Source: Hydrolagus colliei
Lineage: Eukaryota
Length of the DNA stretch: 64,000 nt
Direction of reading: 5' to 3'
NCBI GenBank assembly: GCA_035084275.1
Contig: CM068771.1
Coordinates: 4,092,001 to 4,156,000, forward strand
Shown here: one piece after another, positions 12,116 to 25,200 of the stretch
How the letters are laid out: each line of letters opens with the position of its first letter
Numbering within the stretch: position 1 is the stretch's first letter
Position numbers and translations under genes: made by a program
The notes under the pieces: generated by a model
Seen by the model: only the letters and a program-made list of their open reading frames with translations
The model's database searches: none
What the model was told of the DNA's origin: nothing

Positions 12116-14529
12116 CTCTGACCCCCACTGCTCGGGTCCCGACCTGATTGGTCAGCACCTTCGGACGTCCTCCCGACGTGAAAGGCGCTCTATAAATAAT
12201 TTTGGGTTGTTGTTGTTCATCCCAATACCGTTCACAATTGTGGATTCCTGTAGCTCAGTGGTTAGAGAGCTCGCCTCGCAAGTGAGAGGAGCTGGGTTCG
12301 ATTCCAGACAGGGCGAAACATCGGGCAGTTTTCCTTACTCCAACATGCCTGTTTACCTAGCAGTAAGTATGAATCCAGTTGTTGGTTGATTGGCTTTTCC
12401 GGAGGTAATAATTCCTTCAAAATGAAACTGGGTTCTCGGCTTCCCTGTGCGAGGGGCGCAGTGTAAATGCAAGTTGTCCTTGTTATATAATAACTTGTAT
12501 TTGTTATTACACAAGCAAAATTTGTTCGCTCTCCCAAAGTCTTGAATTATTAATGCCTCTGCCTTACTTAAAGTTCTCATCAGAATTAAAGTTCGACAGG
12601 TATAATATTACTGTAATAATAATAATCTTGCATTTTGATATAGAGCTTTTCACATCTTATCGACGTCTCAAAGCGCTTCACAGAATGTACCATAAAGTGA
12701 AGTGACTGTGTATTTGTGGGCGAAACGCGGCAGCCAATTGCGCACAGCAGCGTCCCCCACAAACAGCCGTGGATTGAAAATGACCAATTTTATTATTGTG
12801 TGTTTTTTTTGGCACGTGTGTGTGTGTGTGTGTGTGGAGTAAGGAAACTTGCCCAAGTTTTCGCCCTGATCTGCCTGGAGTCGAACACAGGCCTCGTGCT
12901 CTAACCACTGAGCTACAGGATCTATACCAAATGCAAGGATTATTATTTTTAATAATATCATTATTATTCGATTCCTCTTCATATTTATTCATATTATTCT
13001 TTACAACACAGCGCTGCGGCTGCGGCTGGATAATAGTGCAGGATTCACTGCTTCTGGCATTGAATCCCTTCCTGGACCTGGAATTCACACAGCACATTAA
13101 ACCTCACCACTCACCCAGCAAACAATCACTGAACTATTGATTTCAAATTAAAAATTCCATTCTTTAATCCCCAGCCTGGGACAGGCCGTTATACCCAGGA
13201 AGTTGTATACGAAGGGGGAAAAAAGCCACAAGTCATTTATTGCGTACAAAGCACAGGCTGTACTGTACTGTTAAAAATTTAAAAAAAATTGGTCACTCAG
13301 TCCCACAGCTGTTTGTGGGATACAGCTGTGAGCAATCAGCTGCCGTGTTTCACCCACAAAGAATACAGTTAAATCGCTTTGTATTAGACTCTGTGAAGCG
13401 CTTTGAGACGTCTCTAGAGGACCTGATCAGGTCAAATGCCAGAATTGTTGTTACTGAAAGACCTGAAAACATTGATCTGAACATCCCCAGTGGCTCAGTG
13501 AGGTTGCCCATTGTGTTGTAGATTCCTTCGGTCAATTGAAAGTGTGTATGAATTGCGAACGGCTTGCTCCAGGTCCCACCCGCTTCCTCCCCTACCATTA
13601 TCATATAAAGCCCTCCACAACCTCGCCCCCTCCCTACATCCGTGACCTCCCATCCCCTTTCCAACCCGCCCGTCCCCTCCTTCCGCTCAGTAGGCTCTGG
13701 TCTGCTCCGCGTCCCCCGACCCACCCACCCAACCATTGGTGGCCGAGCCTTCAGTCACTCTGCCGCCAACCTCTGGGAACTCCATCCCGAAGTCCCTCCG
13801 CCTCGCCCCCTCCCTGGCCTCCTTTAAGTCTCGCCTCGAGACTCTCTTCTTCGATGGTCCCATCGGCAACCCCTTCACCCCTCCCCCCCACCACCCTCAT
13901 CCTCAGCTCGGGTCTGAAGCAGTGACTGTCCAGCACCTTGGGACGTCCTCTTGATGTGAAAGGCGCTCTATCAATGTAATTTGGGTGTTGTTGTTGTAGT
14001 ATTCCACGTCCCTGTCTCTACCGCCCCACCATTGGCGGGCGGTCTTCAGCCTCTCTGCCTCCACCCTCTAGAACTCCATCCCTGAGACTCTTCGCCTCGC
14101 TTCCTCCCTTGACCACTTTAAGGCCCATCTCAAGACTCTCCTCTTCGACCGTGCCTTCAGTCACCCTCCTAACCCTACCCTCCTCGGCCCCCCCCCCCCC
14201 CTCCTGAACCCAGCGAGCAGCCTGGATGCAGATCCCTGAATTTCCAGAGCCTTGGGACATCCTCCTGATGTGAACAGCACTATATCAATGCAATTTTGTA
14301 TTGTAGGATAAGTATCCTGTGCTGGAGACCACACACCATGTCTCCCTCCCTCCCTCCCTCCCTCCTACAGTATACATAAATATCACTTGGCTAATCCCAA
14401 ACCAAAACAAAGAGTTGGGAACCATTTTTAACTTGGCCTTTATTCACAGACCAGATGTTAGTGCGTCGTTGCAGTTTGAGACCAGAAATGGTCAAAAAAA
14501 TATTCCTTAAGACGTTTTACTCTAACCGA

Positions 14530-14960
14530 GGCCTAGTTAGAGATCTCGGCTAGAGTGCTCTACTCAGTTCTGGGCACCCCACTTTAGGAAGGATGTCAAG
14601 GCTTTGGAGAGGGTGCAAAGGAGATCTACCAGGAGTGAGGGGTCTTCAGTTAAGTGGAGAGACGAGAGATGCTAGGATTGAACAACGAAGGTTAAGGTTA
14701 AGGTTCAATAGTGAAGGGATTTGATAGGGTGAACAGGGAGAAACTGTAGCCGCTGGCCGGTGGGTCTGTAACCCGAGGATACAGTTATAGGGTCATTGTC
14801 TAAAGAACCAGATGGGAGGTCAGGAGAAATTTTTTCACTGGAAGTTGGTCGGATCTGGAATAGATTGCCTGTAACAGTGGTGGAAGCCAATTCGATAACC
14901 ATTTTCATATTTGGGGAGGACAAATTTGCAGGACTATGGGGAGGGCGCGGGGGAGTGGGA
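14530..14960 (+). mobile_element. Degraded CR1 LINE fragment
   Basis: QFWAPHFRKDVKALERVQR-like. Confidence 0.7.
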
Positions 14961-16905
14961 TTAATTTGGGCAGCTCTTGCGACACTTCTCAGAATGTAAT
15001 AATGCTTGCATTTGATATAACGCCTTGTGTGGGGTCCTGGAGCTCAGTGGTTAGAGCACTCGCCTTTACAAGCGTGAGACCTATGTTCGACTCCAGGCAG
15101 GTCAGGGCAAAAGAATGCATGAACAGAGGGGCCCAGTTGCGTAGAGTAAAACAAACAGTAGTTCGCTGACGGTTAATTTATTAGGTGATGACAGCACACT
15201 TCGGGTTCCTCAGACCAGCTGCTCCCCGTAGTGCTCCCCAGATGTGCAATAACATCCCAGTTGAGCCTGACCTGACAGGGCCTTGCTCTCAGCCGTGTAA
15301 ACATAGGCTACTCACGGGGTGGGTGGGGGGGGGGGGCGGGGAGACCTGACCGAACTGCAGAAAGCATTTAGCGGAAAGGATAAGGTAAACTTGGCAATTC
15401 CTGCGGGAAACACCACGAGAAAAACACGAGCTGTACACATAACAATCCTTACGTTCGATATAACACCTTGTCATATCTTCGAGGCACCTCCAAGATGTGT
15501 TTTCGGCGCCTTCTGACTGTTCAGGGACGTCCTCCCGACCTGAAAGGCCATTTGGCAAATGCCATTTTGTTGCAGTCTCAAAGCGCTTAGAATCAATCAA
15601 TCGATCAATCAATCAATCAATCAATACATTTATAGAGCGCCTTTCACGTCGGGAGGACGTCCCAAGGCACTGAACAGTCAAGGAGGGAGATCAGAGTGGG
15701 GAGGTGGGGGGGGAATGGATCGAGGGAAGGAGAGTAGGACAATCAACTGTATATTTATGGGCGAAAAGCGGCAGCCAAGTTGCGCACAGCAGCATCCCAC
15801 AAACAGTTGTGGATTGAGTGACCAAAGTATTATTTTTGGGGGAAGGATTTATTACCATGGAAAGGTGATCCACCAATCGACTAACAACCGGGTTTCTACT
15901 CACCGCTAGGTAAATGGAGGCTTGTGGAGTAAGGAAACTTGCCCTAGGTTTTTGCCCTGAACCCAAATCCTCTCGCTTGCGAGGCTAGTCCTCCAACCAC
16001 TGAGCCACAGGATACAAGCAAAACAGTCCATAGCTCCAGGGAAATGTGCAGTAAATCAGTGTGTCAGACACACAGTGAACGGGAAGTAGAGCGAGGGCGG
16101 CTCTCTGTGGTGACTTTGGTGATCTGACACCTGAGATGGGNNNNNNNNNNNNNNNNNNNNNNNNNNNNNNNNNNNNNNNNNNNNNNNNNNNNNNNNNNNN
16201 NNNNNNNNNNNNNNNNNNNNNNNNNNNNNNNNNNNNNNNNNNNNNNNNNNNNNNNNNNNNNNNNNNNNNNNNNNNNNNNNNNNNNNNNNNNNNNNNNNNN
16301 NNNNNNNNNNNNNNNNNNNNNNNNNNNNNNNNNNNNNNNNNNNNNNNNNNNNNNNNNNNNNNNNNNNNNNNNNNNNNNNNNNNNNNNNNNNNNNNNNNNN
16401 NNNNNNNNNNNNNNNNNNCCAGGGCTCTGTCTGTGACGGACTGACAGCACCAACACTGCTCCAAGCCTCTACTGGTAAATAATATAATAATTATAAAGAT
16501 AATAATAATCCTTGCATTTGATCTAGCGTTTTTCACATCTTATCGACGTCTCAAAGCGCTTCACAGAATATACTGTAAAGTGAAGTGACTGTATATTTGC
16601 GGGTGAAACGCGGCAGCCAATTGCGCACAGCAGCGTCCCCCACAAACAGTCATGGATTGAAAAGACCAAATTATTATTTTTTGAGAGATTGTTATTAAGC
16701 GTATGGGGTAAGGAAACTTGCCCAAAGTTATCAGTTATAAGCCGAGGGTCATCACAATTTCTTTTTTTCTATGTTGAAAATGCTCTTTTAACGCGAAAAA
16801 AATCAGTGACACTGCTGACCAATTTGTGTTAAGAGCATGCTTACGCGGAGTCCACAAGACAGACTGAGATAACGTTTTGGCTGAGCTGAGCTTCAGTCGC
16901 GATAT

Positions 16906-16918
16906 CGCCCCCTAGTGG
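16906..16918 (-). promoter_or_regulatory. CTCF core motif match
   Basis: cgccccctagtgg = CCACTAGGGGGCG on minus. Confidence 0.4.
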
Positions 16919-18394
16919 TGGGAGGACCAGACAGAGGCCAATTTGAGTCTAGGCTCAAAAATGGTTGGGAACCACTGCTCTTTGGGATGGGCATCCCCCC
17001 CCCCCCCCTTTATTAAGTCCTTAATCCAGGTTGGAAAAGATTCCTAACATCTGCATCCACATTTGAAACCCACCAAAGCCCGGCTGACCGAATTGTACAT
17101 CATACAGACTGCATTAATACGACTGTAGCCCACCTTCCCCCACCCCCACCTTTCAGAAGTTCAGGAATAAAATATAAATGAGACCACATACAATTCAGTT
17201 ACCCCAGGGCTGGGCATCTGCTAACGTTTCCCTGAGCCGCTTGGCTGAATCCCAGGGAGGGAATAGTGGAATGTAACTAGACTCTCCTCATGTGAAACAA
17301 AGAACGCAGGCACACTTTGAGCTGTTGTCTGGTTTCGATGTCAGCTCAGCTGAGGCAGTTAAGTGCTGCGGAGTCTCGGGCACTTCCGCGCTAAGGAGAG
17401 GAAGTCAGTCAACCAGGGATCCTTAATAGTGATAATAATAATCCTTGCGTTCGATATAGCACCTCATCGAGACACACGTCTTAAAATGCTTCACGGGGTG
17501 TAGTGTTAAGCGAATTGACCGTATGTTTTGTGGGCGAAAACGCAATCGCCTATTGCGCACAGCAGCGTCCCCACAAACGGTAGATCGATCGACCGATTCA
17601 TTATTATTTTTTAAGGACTTATCACCAATTCTGCCAATCGACTAGTTTCCTACTTGCTGGTGGGTAAAATACAGGCTTGTGCGTGTGGAGGAAGGAAACC
17701 TGCCCTGCCCTGGAATCGAACCCAGGTCCTCTCGCTTGCGAGGATAGCTCTGAGGTACAAGTGAGTCACTGGAGGAACCCAAAGGAGGAGAGAGGATGTT
17801 TCGCAAATAAGGCAACCTTTTATGAAGGCAACCGTGGCAGCAAGTTTGTACGTTTTAACGCTCCATAAATGAGGCACTGTATTGTTTGGAAGGATTATTA
17901 ATATTATTATCATCAGTCGGAACTGTGAGCTCAAAGTCCCTCTGTGTGGGGCTTAAGTTTGGTGAGGCTTTGCTGCCGCACATTGGTCACAAGAAAGAAA
18001 CGACAGAGCGTAACACAACCCCCGACTCTCGCCAGTGTTTCTACAAACATTTCCTGCCTGAGGCTTCTGGCATTGAAATGAAATGTCGAATGTTTGTCCC
18101 TTTGAGCTCGAGCCTGGAGTCCAGCCAGAGCGAGGAACCTCCACTGCCACGGGACGTAAATTTCAAGTGAAATCTCAACCAACAGCCCTAGACACAATAC
18201 CAACAAGCGCTCCCCCACCCCCATCCCCCCACCCCACCATGGACATGCAGTCAGGGTAGGAGGCAGGGTAGGACAGTTGCCTACCTTATGAAAATAAAAA
18301 CTTTAAATTGTAGATAATTATTTAATGGTTTATATTTTTATAATGCACATTTTTACATCACATGAACGTTTTTTATTGAACCGACCCAAATGAT

Positions 18395-18579
18395 TTAACT
18401 GCGATTTGATACGCCTAAAGCGCGTGGTGGATATTTAGTTGAAACACCCCGCAATTTTTTTTTAAAATAATGCATTGTGCCGGATAAATTCCGATTAATA
18501 GAATGCAGACTTTTTTTTAATGTGCCGGTTATACAGAAGTTACGGTTGATCGGGTCACGGATAAACGGGCTTTTACTGT
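18395..18579. mobile_element. Truncated copy of the Tc1/pogo (Tigger-like) MITE seen at 29898
   Basis: Ends ..cggataaacgggcttttactg|TA with internal similarity to 29898-30105. Confidence 0.75.
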
Positions 18580-21419
18580 AATAATGTAGCCACTTCCATC
18601 CACGGCTGTTTGTGAGACGCTGTTGTGCAATTGACTGCTGAGTTTCGTCCCCAAAACGTAGCGTCAATAAAGCTCTATATCAAATGGAAGGATTATTATT
18701 ATTATTATTATTATCCCCCCCAGTCAGTAATTAACTGGATTCCTGTTCCACTCCACCTCCCCCCACTCCAACACCTGAGCAGTGATGTGTGTGCTGATAA
18801 CTAACTGGCTATCAGTAGGAATTTCCAGCCTCCTCCAGCCAGAGTCTATTGATTGTGGTATAATCTGTGAAGCCCTTTGGGACCTCTAAAAGACGTGAAA
18901 AGCACTAATGTCAAATGCAAGGATTATTATTCTTATTACTATATGTGTGTGTGGAGTACGGAAACTGTCCTAAGTTTCACCCTCCCCGGGAATCAAAGCC
19001 AGGACTTCTCACGTGCGAGGTGAGGGCTCTAACCTCCGAGCTAGAGGACTCCGCGGTCTCTGGGAACTGCCTGGCACTGATTGCGATCAGAGTCAGGGGT
19101 TCGTTCGCGCCTGTGTTTATGTGACGTTACTATGGCGGGTGAGGGAGGTACGGTGTAGGGGGAGTAAGAGAGAGAAACCTTTGAATAACCCAGAGCTCTG
19201 GCAGCTATTTTGTGCTCTCACAAGTGGCCAGGAATGTGACCTCTCCCTTCAACTGGTGGGAGCTTGGTGTCGGATTAGGCCATCAGATGATGAGGTATTT
19301 GACAGACCAGCTCTGATGATGAGGTATTTGACAGACCAGCTCTGATCTCCAGAGGATTTGGCCAGTCTTCCAAGGCACCAACAGTGGACAGAATTGGTAC
19401 TAATAATACTGTATGGATAACGATTTGACATTGCACCTTATCACGTCTCTGAGAGACGTCTGAAAGCGCTTCATAGACAATACTGCAAAGTGAATTGACT
19501 ATATTTTAATCAACAGGCTCTGGAGGCTGGAGGAGGCTGTAAGTTCCTATTAATAGGAAGTTAGTTATCAGCACACACATCACTGCTCAGGTGTTGGGTG
19601 TGGTTGGGGGGGGGGGGGGGAGTGGGACAGGGATCCAGTTAATTACTGACCAAGGCAGAATAGTAATAATAATAATCCTTGCATTTTATATAGTGCCTTA
19701 TTGACTCTGTGTTTTTGAGCGAAACTCAGCAGTCAATTGCACAACAGTGTCTCACAAACAGCCGTGGATTAAGTGACTACATTATTATTATTTTGGAGGG
19801 ATTATTACCCCACAACTGACTAATAACTGGATTCCTACTTATTGTTAGGTAAACACGGGCTACGAGAACCCAGGTCTCTCGCTTGCAAGGCGAGTGCTCC
19901 GACCACTGATCCACAGGACTTCTTATGGAAGGTTATTGGTGTGTGGGAGGGTTGGGAGGCTTTCAGAGTGAGGGAAGGACAACAGGTGGAGAGGTTGTTA
20001 GACTTGTGGTAGGTGGTAATGTTTGAGCGACTGTGGGTGAGGACATCGGGAGAGACTCCCTTCTTTCAAATACATTGAGAGGACGTCCCAAGGCGCTGTA
20101 CAGTCAGGTAGGGACAAGAGCAGGGGGGAGGGGGAGGGGCAGGATGAAGGAGAGTAGGAGAATTGACTGTATATTTGTGGGTGAAACGCGGCAGCCAAAC
20201 TGCGTACAGCGGCGTCACACAAACAGTCGCGGAAATGGGGCCAGAGGAGAAAGGGGGGAAAGAGGGTGAGGTGGGAGAGGGAGGGAAAGGTGGGTGGGGG
20301 CAAAATCAGGGAGAAATGGGGAGAAATTAGGGTAAAATGGATCTTTAACATCCACCGGAACATACCACATACAGGGAAAAAGTCCTGGATTTTGGAAACG
20401 TCCAGAACCGGGCTTCAAGTGAGGCTGAAATGTTTGCGATCTACCGTGCGCAATTGGCTGCCGCATTTCGCCCACAAAATACATACACAGGTCACTTCAC
20501 TTTACAATGTACGGACGTATTCTGCGAAGCGCTTTGAGACGCCTGGAAGAAGCAATGTGACTCTGTACCAAATGCGAGGATGATTTATTATTCTAATGTC
20601 AAAATTTGAAGACAAAAGGTTTTGAGGACGAAGAAAGAGAGAATCTGGTGGGGGGCTCAGGTCGCAACAGAAAGCCAAGAGGTCAAAGCTCATCTATCAA
20701 TGCCATCGGAAAACTAAAGGAACGGACAGTGTCCTGATTGTAGCCAGAGGCCAGTCACAGGGGAGATGGAAGAGAGGCCGCCTTGCTCTAACCGTCGCAT
20801 GGGAGAAGGAGCTGTGGTCTCTCGAGATAAGAGGCCATTGAGATGACATGAGCGCAAGCATTGTGTGTGTGTGTGCGTGTGTGTGCATGGCTGGCGGCGT
20901 GACTGAGATCGGATTACCAAAGCATTGACCTGAGGGCTTCTCGAAAGGGCAGCGTGGGAGGAATCCTCGCGTCCATCGCTATGATCTGTTTCCAGGGTAG
21001 AGAACAGACGCCTCTCTGCTGAAACACACTTAGTTGGGTCTGTCTCTGGACAACGGACACAGGCTGCAGGCTACAATGCTGCGGTTTGCATCCAAACACT
21101 CAGACCCTGTGTGAGACGAGGCGTCCTATACAACAGCGGTTCTCAACCAGGGGTACATTGATTTATTTAGCTCCCTTATTTAGCGTTTTGTACCCTTCCA
21201 AATTGTACATTTAATTGTTATTCCCCTTGTTTTGTATGTGCTAGTTATTTTGTTATACCTGTGTAAGAAAAAGCTTGGTCATAAAATCATCAATCAATCC
21301 ATACTTACATTTCTATTGCGTCTTTCACGTCGAGAGGACGTCCCGAAGCACTTTATAGTCAGGTAGGGACAAGAGCAGTGGGGGAAGGGGTCTGCGCTGG
21401 AGGAAGGAGAGTAGAGAAT

Positions 21420-22240
21420 TGAACGTCAGCAAGACCGAGGCTCTCCTGATTGGCTCGTGCCAGCGCCTCCGCACCTCAGGCACTGGCAGTATCAGCATCC
21501 ATGGATACACACTCCACCTCACCAAGTCAGTCAAGGAACCTGGACTTCATGTTCGAACCTCAACTGTCCTTTCCTCCACACATCCATGCCGTGACCCGTT
21601 CTGCCTTCCCCCGTCTCCGCCATTGCTTCACCCCTCAGGCCGCCAAAACCCTCACGGAAGCATCGTCACCCATCTTGTCGGCTTCTCCAACTCTCTTGCC
21701 TCCACAAATTGCAGATCAGGAGAACTCTGCCGCTCGTGTCCTCTTCAGGCTTCATGACCCCATCTGACCCCACCCTCGCCTGACTCCTCTGGCTCTCCAT
21801 CCCTCAGGGGATAGAATTCAAAATCCTTGTCCTCAATTGCAAGGCCCTTCACAGCCTTGCCGCCATCTACCTACCCTGATCCCCCTATCAACCTGTCCAC
21901 TCCACCATTCTACAGGCTCCGGCCTACTCCATGTGCCCCGCCCGAGCCCCCCTACCATCGGTCGACAAGCTTTCAGCCTCTCTGCCCTACACTTTGGAAC
22001 CCCATCCCACAATCCGTTTGCCTTGCTCCCTCCCTTGCCTCCTTCAAGCCAATCAAGAGCCTCCTTTTTTATCGTGACTTCAATCGCCTTCCCGAACTCT
22101 CTCCCTCCCTCATCCAACACTGCCCCACCACACCCCAACCTCCCATGCTAGTGTCCTCATCGTTGACTCTTCAGCGCTTTGGACGTCCTCGCAACTTAAA
22201 AGCCATTATACAAATGTAATTTTGTTGTTCTTGTTGCTCG
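21420..22240 (+). mobile_element. Degraded L2 LINE 3' fragment
   Basis: NVSKTEALLIGS.., L2 3' UTR and tail. Confidence 0.8.
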
Positions 22241-25200
22241 TGTCAAAACGTAATAATCCTTGCATCTGATGCAGCCTCTTGTCACCTCTTATTTTTGCAA
22301 AGTGTTTCACAGAATGTACTGTAAAGTGAATTGACTGTGTATTTTGTGGGCAAAACATCGCAGCCGATTGTACACAGCAGCGTCCCAGAAATAGTTGTGG
22401 ATTGGAGTGACTACATTGTTATTGTATTTTAAGTTTATTTTTGCTTTGAAGGAATTATTAGCCCGATCCGCCAATGGGGTTCCTACTTACTGCGAGGTAA
22501 ACAGAGGTGTATATAGTACGGAACGTTGCCCCCAGTTTCGCATTGACTTGCCGGAATCAAACCCAGATCAATCAATCAATCGATTGATCGGGTCGGTCGA
22601 TCAATCGATCAATTGATCAATCAATCAATCAAACTTATTTTCACGTCGAGAGGACACCTAAAGGCGCTGTACAGTCAGGTAGGGACAAGACCAGGGTGGG
22701 GAGGGGTCGGGCAGGATGAAGAAGAGGAGGAGAATTGACTGTGTATTTGTGGGCGAAACGCGGCAGCCAAACTGCGCACAGCAGCGTCCACAAACAGTTG
22801 CGGAAATGGGGCCAGGGGAGAAAGGGGGGGAAAGAGGGTGAGGGCGGAGAGGAGGGTAAGGTGGGGTGAGATAAAGTCAGAGAGGAAGAGGGGGAGAAAG
22901 TGGAGAGATCGCTCACTTGCGAGGCGAGCGCTCTAACCGCTGAGCTCCAGGACTCCAGGGAAAGCTGAGAACCTCATCTTAGTAGGGGAAGGCATCTCAT
23001 AAAGGACATACAGATCGTCGCTTCACGCTCTGGGAGACAGACACCAGGCCACGCAGCCTGTCGCAGGCATCGAACAAGGCTGCTTTGTGGCTCGCTTGTC
23101 TCATCCGTGCTGCATCCCACACAGACCACAATCATTGACAATATCCCACAGTAATCTGCGTCCAGTAATTTGGAGACTTGTAGTAGTGAACTTGATGTGT
23201 TAATAATAATCTTTACATTCCCGCACTTCTCGACGTCCCAAAGCGCTTCACAGGATATACCGTGAAGTGAATTGACTGTATATAAAATGTGGCAGCCAGC
23301 GCAGTGCGCCCAGCAACATCCCACAAACAGCCGCGGGTTAAAATGACCTATTTGTTATTTTCCAGAGGGGGATTATTATCAGGTGAGCGGAGTGCGGAAA
23401 CACTCCCAAGGTTTTGCCCGGCCTGGAATCGAACCCAGGTCTCTTGTTTGGTAAGGCGAGTGCTCTAACCACTCTGGGCCACGGGACTCCCGAACATGAC
23501 AGTAATAATAATAATGATCCTTGCGTTTGATACAGAGCCTTATCATGTCTTCTAGAGCGCTTCAAAGCGCTTCACAGAATGTACTGTAAAGTTAATTGAC
23601 TTAGTAAAGTTAATCTTACAAGCAAAACAAGGCTGCCACTCAGCAGTGTCCCACAAACAGTCCTGGATTGAGTGACCAAATTTAACAGAGGCGTGTGTGG
23701 AGTAAGGAACAACAATTCTCCCTGCTGCCAATCGAATCCGAATCGAATCGAGGCGAGAGCTCCAACCACTGAGATACACGAGTCTTGTGACACAGACATG
23801 CGCGCCATCTTCTGCCCAGCACTGAATACTTCTCCGCCAGAGACGGACTTGGCACAAATTCAAGAGAATTTCACCGCAGAGCCAATGGCGAACAATTCCA
23901 TCGAGAGATTATTTATTTACCGCCGTCAGTGTCAGACCCTCTTCGGTTTGTAGCGTTCTAATACTGTTTCGAACACTCGGATTCGAGATTCTCGTCCTCA
24001 CCTTCAAGGCAGTTCACGGACTTACCCCCCTGCCCGTCCCCTCCGCTGACCTGCTCCGCGTCCATCGCCAAACCACCCCACCATCGGTGGCCGGGCTTTC
24101 AGCCTCTCTGCCCCCACCTGTGGAACTCCATCCCGCAATCCCTTCTCCTCACCTCCTCCTTTCCCCCCTTCAAGGCCGGTCTCAAGACCTCCCTCTTCGA
24201 CCACGCCTTTGGCTCCCCTCCTAACTCTTCCCCCTCTCCTACTCTCCTTTCCCCGGCCCTACCCCGAACCTCCACCACCCCCCCACCCCGCCACCCCCAC
24301 CCCACCTCACCCCGCTCGGGTCCTGACCTGATTGTTCAGCGCCTTGGGACGTCCCTCCGACATGAAAGACACTGTTGTTGTTTCTCTCTACCTCTCCTAG
24401 ACAATATGGAGACACCGTTTGCGTCGCTCAGAGGAAGCCTGAGGCGCCCACGTAGTTTAGACGGCAGCATAAAAACATGCAAATTTCTTGTAAATTTGCA
24501 GTAGAAGATCAAAGTCCATTTAGTTCACTGTGTGTGCACCCTGTGTAACAAGATACGTTCTGTACTATGTTCTACCAGAAATCTATCTCACTTGTTCTTG
24601 AAACAAATATTAAGGATAATAATCCTTACATTTATATAGCGCTTTCCATGTCTTATCGACATCTCAAAGCGCTTCACAGAATACAATGATATTTTCAACT
24701 TCCACCGTCTCCTAGGGAACCTGTTCCGTAAGTTTATTACTCCGCACTCACTGAAGTAGTATTTCTGCAGATTTGTTCTGAATTTACCCCCCCTTTAATC
24801 GCAGACTGTGTCCTTTGGGTCCACTATTCAGTACGAGGTAAAACAGCTAATCAGGGTCTACATTAACCGGCTCAGCGGGCTCCAGCCAGCTCCATGTCCC
24901 TCAATTCACGCACCCCAGCATCAGCGGGTGAACCTTCAGCAAACTCTGCCCCCAACCTTTGGAATTTCATCACGCAATCGCTCCACCTCACCACCCTCCC
25001 TTGCCTGTCTCAAGTCCCTCCTCAAAACCCTCCTCTTCAATCAATCAAAACTTACATTTATATGGCGCCTTTCACGTCGAGAGGATGTCCCAAGGAGCTG
25101 AAGATAGGGGTGAAAGGGGCAAGGGGAGGGGTCGGGGTAAGGGGAAGGAGAGCATCCATCCTCTTCATTCGTACGTCCGATCACCCCATTTCCAACCCCT

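Noticed and set aside
16419-16465. Similarity of CCAGGGCTCTGT..ACTGAC to the Ig receptor last exon (57991)
   Set aside because: Only a 12-nt exact match, expected by chance in 64 kb, and the adjacent sequence is a gap.
17886-18224. Overlapping 65-97 aa ORFs in a unique island
   Set aside because: No recognisable domain or consistent splice partners; may be UTR or non-coding.
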